Part shown: piece by piece, positions 61,738-64,000 of the stretch
Numbering within the stretch: position 1 is the first letter of the stretch
Layout of the letters: every line of letters starts with the position of its first letter
DNA from: Nitrospinaceae bacterium
GTDB taxonomy: Bacteria > Nitrospinota > Nitrospinia > Nitrospinales > Nitrospinaceae
Direction: 5' to 3'
DNA length: 64,000 nt
Assembly: GCA_965223665.1 (NCBI GenBank)
Contig: OZ245011.1
Coordinates: forward strand, 256,001 to 320,000
The notes under the pieces: generated by a model
Told to the model about the DNA's origin: nothing
The model's database searches: none
The model's input: only the letters and a program-made list of their open reading frames with translations
Made by a program: the position numbers and the translations under genes

Positions 61738-63674
61738 TTCACTTGTGCTCCTGGTGGTAATTCATCATCAAATCCTGCCACCACTATTTTATCGTCTATA
61801 CTTCCGGCGAGAATCATTCCCTGCGATTCAAGACCCATAAGTTTTGCTGGTTTCAAATTGGCGACTACTATTACGGTTCTTCCTATTAAAGATTCAGGTT
61901 CATAAGACTGGGCAATTCCTGCCAACACCTGTCTTTTTTCAGACCCTAAATCCACTTGTATTTTTATTAATTTTTTGGATTTTTTCACTTTTTCTGCAGA
62001 AATAATTTTAGCCGTGCGTAAATCCAGTTTCATAAAATCTTCTATTGTGATTTCTTCTTTTAATTCAAGTTTAGGGGCTTTTAAAGCTGCGTCTTCAGTG
62101 GAAGATGAGTCTACGGTTTCCAATATCTTTTTTGCGGCCTTTTCTTCAATTCTTGGAAATATTTGTGGTCCTTGAGAAGTTTGAGTCCCTGGTTTAATCC
62201 ATCCCCACTCTTCTGTGGACGCAAGTCCTTGTTTGTCCACTGCAGTTCCCAGTCCTAATTGCTCCATTATTTTTTCGCAGGTGGCCGGCATAAAAGGAGT
62301 CAATAAAATTGCAATAACTCGCAAAGCTTCTGCCGTATTGTAAAGGACTGTATCCAATCGAGTTTTTCCTTCTTCTGTCTTAGCTAAGTTCCATGGAGCC
62401 GTGTGATTTATATATTGATTGGAAGTGTCTAATAGCTCCCAAATTTTAACTAAAATTTTGCTGTAAGCTAGTTCACTGTAAAGTTGGTCGACTTCATCAA
62501 GAACGGACTTTGCTTTTTCAATGAGGGTTGAGTCCTCATCGTCAGTAACATTTGGTTTTGGGACTACTCCTTGGTAATATTTTTTGAGCATGTTTAGTGT
62601 GCGATTCACCAAGTTGCCTAAATTGTTTGCCAAATCGCTGTTCACTCGGCCAATTAAAGCTTTATGAGAAAAGTCTCCATCAAGACCAAAGGGAACTTCA
62701 CGCATTAAAAAGTAACGAATCACATCCACTCCGAATTGGTCGATGAGTAAATTTGGTTCGACAACATTTCTCAAAGATTTTGACATCTTTTGGCCATTCA
62801 CCGTCCACCAACCATGGGCAAAAATATTTTTAGGTAATTCTAATCCCATGGCATTTAACATTGTTGACCAATAAACAGAATGTGTGGTGAGGATGTCTTT
62901 TCCAATTAAATGGTGATTGGCTGGCCAATATCCACTCTGTTTGATTTCTTCCAAGTGTCCATGTATTGAAATATAGTTGATAAGAGCATCAAACCAAACA
63001 TAAGTAACAAATTTGTCATCAAAGGGAAGAGGGATTCCCCAGGGTAACCTTTCTTTTGGACGTGAAATACAAAGATCGCCTAATGGTTTTTTTAGAAAAC
63101 CTAATATCTCATTGCGTCGTGAAGCGGGTTCAACAAACTCAGGATGTTTTTCAATATGATCTACTAGCCAATCCTGATATTTCCCCATCTTAAAAAAATA
63201 ATTATGCTCTTTTATTTTATCTACTTTTCGCCCACATTCCGGGCACTTCCCATCGATTAAATCCTTCTCAGTCCAAAATCTTTCGTCCGGCATGCAATAC
63301 CAGCCTTCATAACTATCCTTATATATTTCACCTTTTGCATGTAAATTATTTAATATCTCACGAACTACTTTTTGGTGGCGTTCTTCAGTGGTTCGAATAA
63401 AGTCATTATTGCTGATATTAAATCGTGTCCAAAGATCTTTAAATCGAACATGTAAATCATCTACATGTGTTTGTGGATCTTTACCTGTCGCTTCAGCGGC
63501 TTGTTGAACTTTTTGACCGTGTTCATCCGTTCCTGTTAAAAAGAAAACATCATACCCCGCCAGCCGCTTATACCGAGATACTACATCTGCAGCTATAGTT
63601 GTATAAGCGTGACCAATATGAGGAACGTCGTTTACATAATAAATTGGCGTTGTAATAAAAAACTTTTTATTCAT
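61734..63674 (-). CDS. metG: Methionyl-tRNA synthetase with C-terminal tRNA-binding domain
   Basis: PHIGH, GTDEHG, YVWFDAL.NY, KMSKS, NLKPAK.MG..SQGM. Confidence 0.97.
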   Translation of the reverse strand: MNKKFFITTPIYYVNDVPHIGHAYTTIAADVVSRYKRLAGYDVFFLTGTDEHGQKVQQAAEATGKDPQTHVDDLHVRFKDLWTRFNISNNDFIRTTEERHQKVVREILNNLHAKGEIYKDSYEGWYCMPDERFWTEKDLIDGKCPECGRKVDKIKEHNYFFKMGKYQDWLVDHIEKHPEFVEPASRRNEILGFLKKPLGDLCISRPKERLPWGIPLPFDDKFVTYVWFDALINYISIHGHLEEIKQSGYWPANHHLIGKDILTTHSVYWSTMLNAMGLELPKNIFAHGWWTVNGQKMSKSLRNVVEPNLLIDQFGVDVIRYFLMREVPFGLDGDFSHKALIGRVNSDLANNLGNLVNRTLNMLKKYYQGVVPKPNVTDDEDSTLIEKAKSVLDEVDQLYSELAYSKILVKIWELLDTSNQYINHTAPWNLAKTEEGKTRLDTVLYNTAEALRVIAILLTPFMPATCEKIMEQLGLGTAVDKQGLASTEEWGWIKPGTQTSQGPQIFPRIEEKAAKKILETVDSSSTEDAALKAPKLELKEEITIEDFMKLDLRTAKIISAEKVKKSKKLIKIQVDLGSEKRQVLAGIAQSYEPESLIGRTVIVVANLKPAKLMGLESQGMILAGSIDDKIVVAGFDDELPPGAQVK

Positions 63675-63698
63675 GATTTAATTGGTAAAAGGAATTGA

Positions 63699-64000
63699 TT
63701 ATTTTTCTTCAGAAGAGGGTGAGGGAGTAGGTGTTTTATTCGCCTTCAAACTGTCCCGAAGTTCATCCAGATGATAATATATGATGGATTCATCCTCAAG
63801 TCGCACAATAATGATCTGTTTTAAGATATCGTTTTTGATAACTTTACCTGGGCCTTCTGGCGTTTGTATGGGTTTTCCAACTTTGGGTAGTTCTTTTATC
63901 AACTCGCGGTAAACATTATGCTCATACTGTAAGCAACACATTAACCGACCGCAAACTCCTGAAATCTTACTGGGGTTCAAGGCAAGCCCTTGATCTTTAG
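63699..64000 (-). CDS. PSP1 C-terminal domain protein (YaaT/RicT family), 5' partial
   Basis: K.QGLALNPSKISGVCGRLMCCL.YE; conserved position upstream of metG. Confidence 0.9.
   Translation of the reverse strand, partial: KDQGLALNPSKISGVCGRLMCCLQYEHNVYRELIKELPKVGKPIQTPEGPGKVIKNDILKQIIIVRLEDESIIYYHLDELRDSLKANKTPTPSPSSEEK

Noticed and set aside
1..64000. CRISPR array, rRNA, tRNA or IS elements
   Set aside because: Intergenic gaps are all under about 350 bp and by eye contain no repeat-spacer periodicity or structural RNA signatures; an Infernal/tRNAscan run would be the definitive check

Overview
Gene-dense, AT-rich bacterial chromosomal segment made mostly of core genes. It encodes reductive-TCA-type enzymes (For-type 2-oxoacid:ferredoxin oxidoreductase alpha/beta/gamma/epsilon and sucCD), riboflavin synthesis (ribD-ribE-ribBA-ribH followed by a frameshifted nusB), flagellar parts (stator motAB, sigma28-driven fliD-fliS), amiC-der, a divergent EF-G, ihfA-merR, DUF4390-NtrY-like kinase, mutS-HIT-ybeY-phoH, folE-PTPS, ndk, a MoxR cluster, degP, a TatD-radical SAM fusion, metG and a PSP1 protein. 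Gene content suggests a marine Nitrospinota-like chemolithoautotroph (inference, not verified). I found no rRNA, tRNA, CRISPR array, transposase or integrase. Best leads: a REC/coiled-coil/pseudo-HD-GYP protein co-transcribed with a Na+-type stator; an NLR-like NACHT-FGE-sulfatase protein without an obvious effector; an MBL-hydrolase/cNMP-binding fusion in the der operon; a MoxR cluster lacking a VWA partner next to an endolysin-like amidase; a TetR-OsmC module with three visible operators; and a BH4-type PTPS next to folE. None can be confirmed as a new system from sequence alone.
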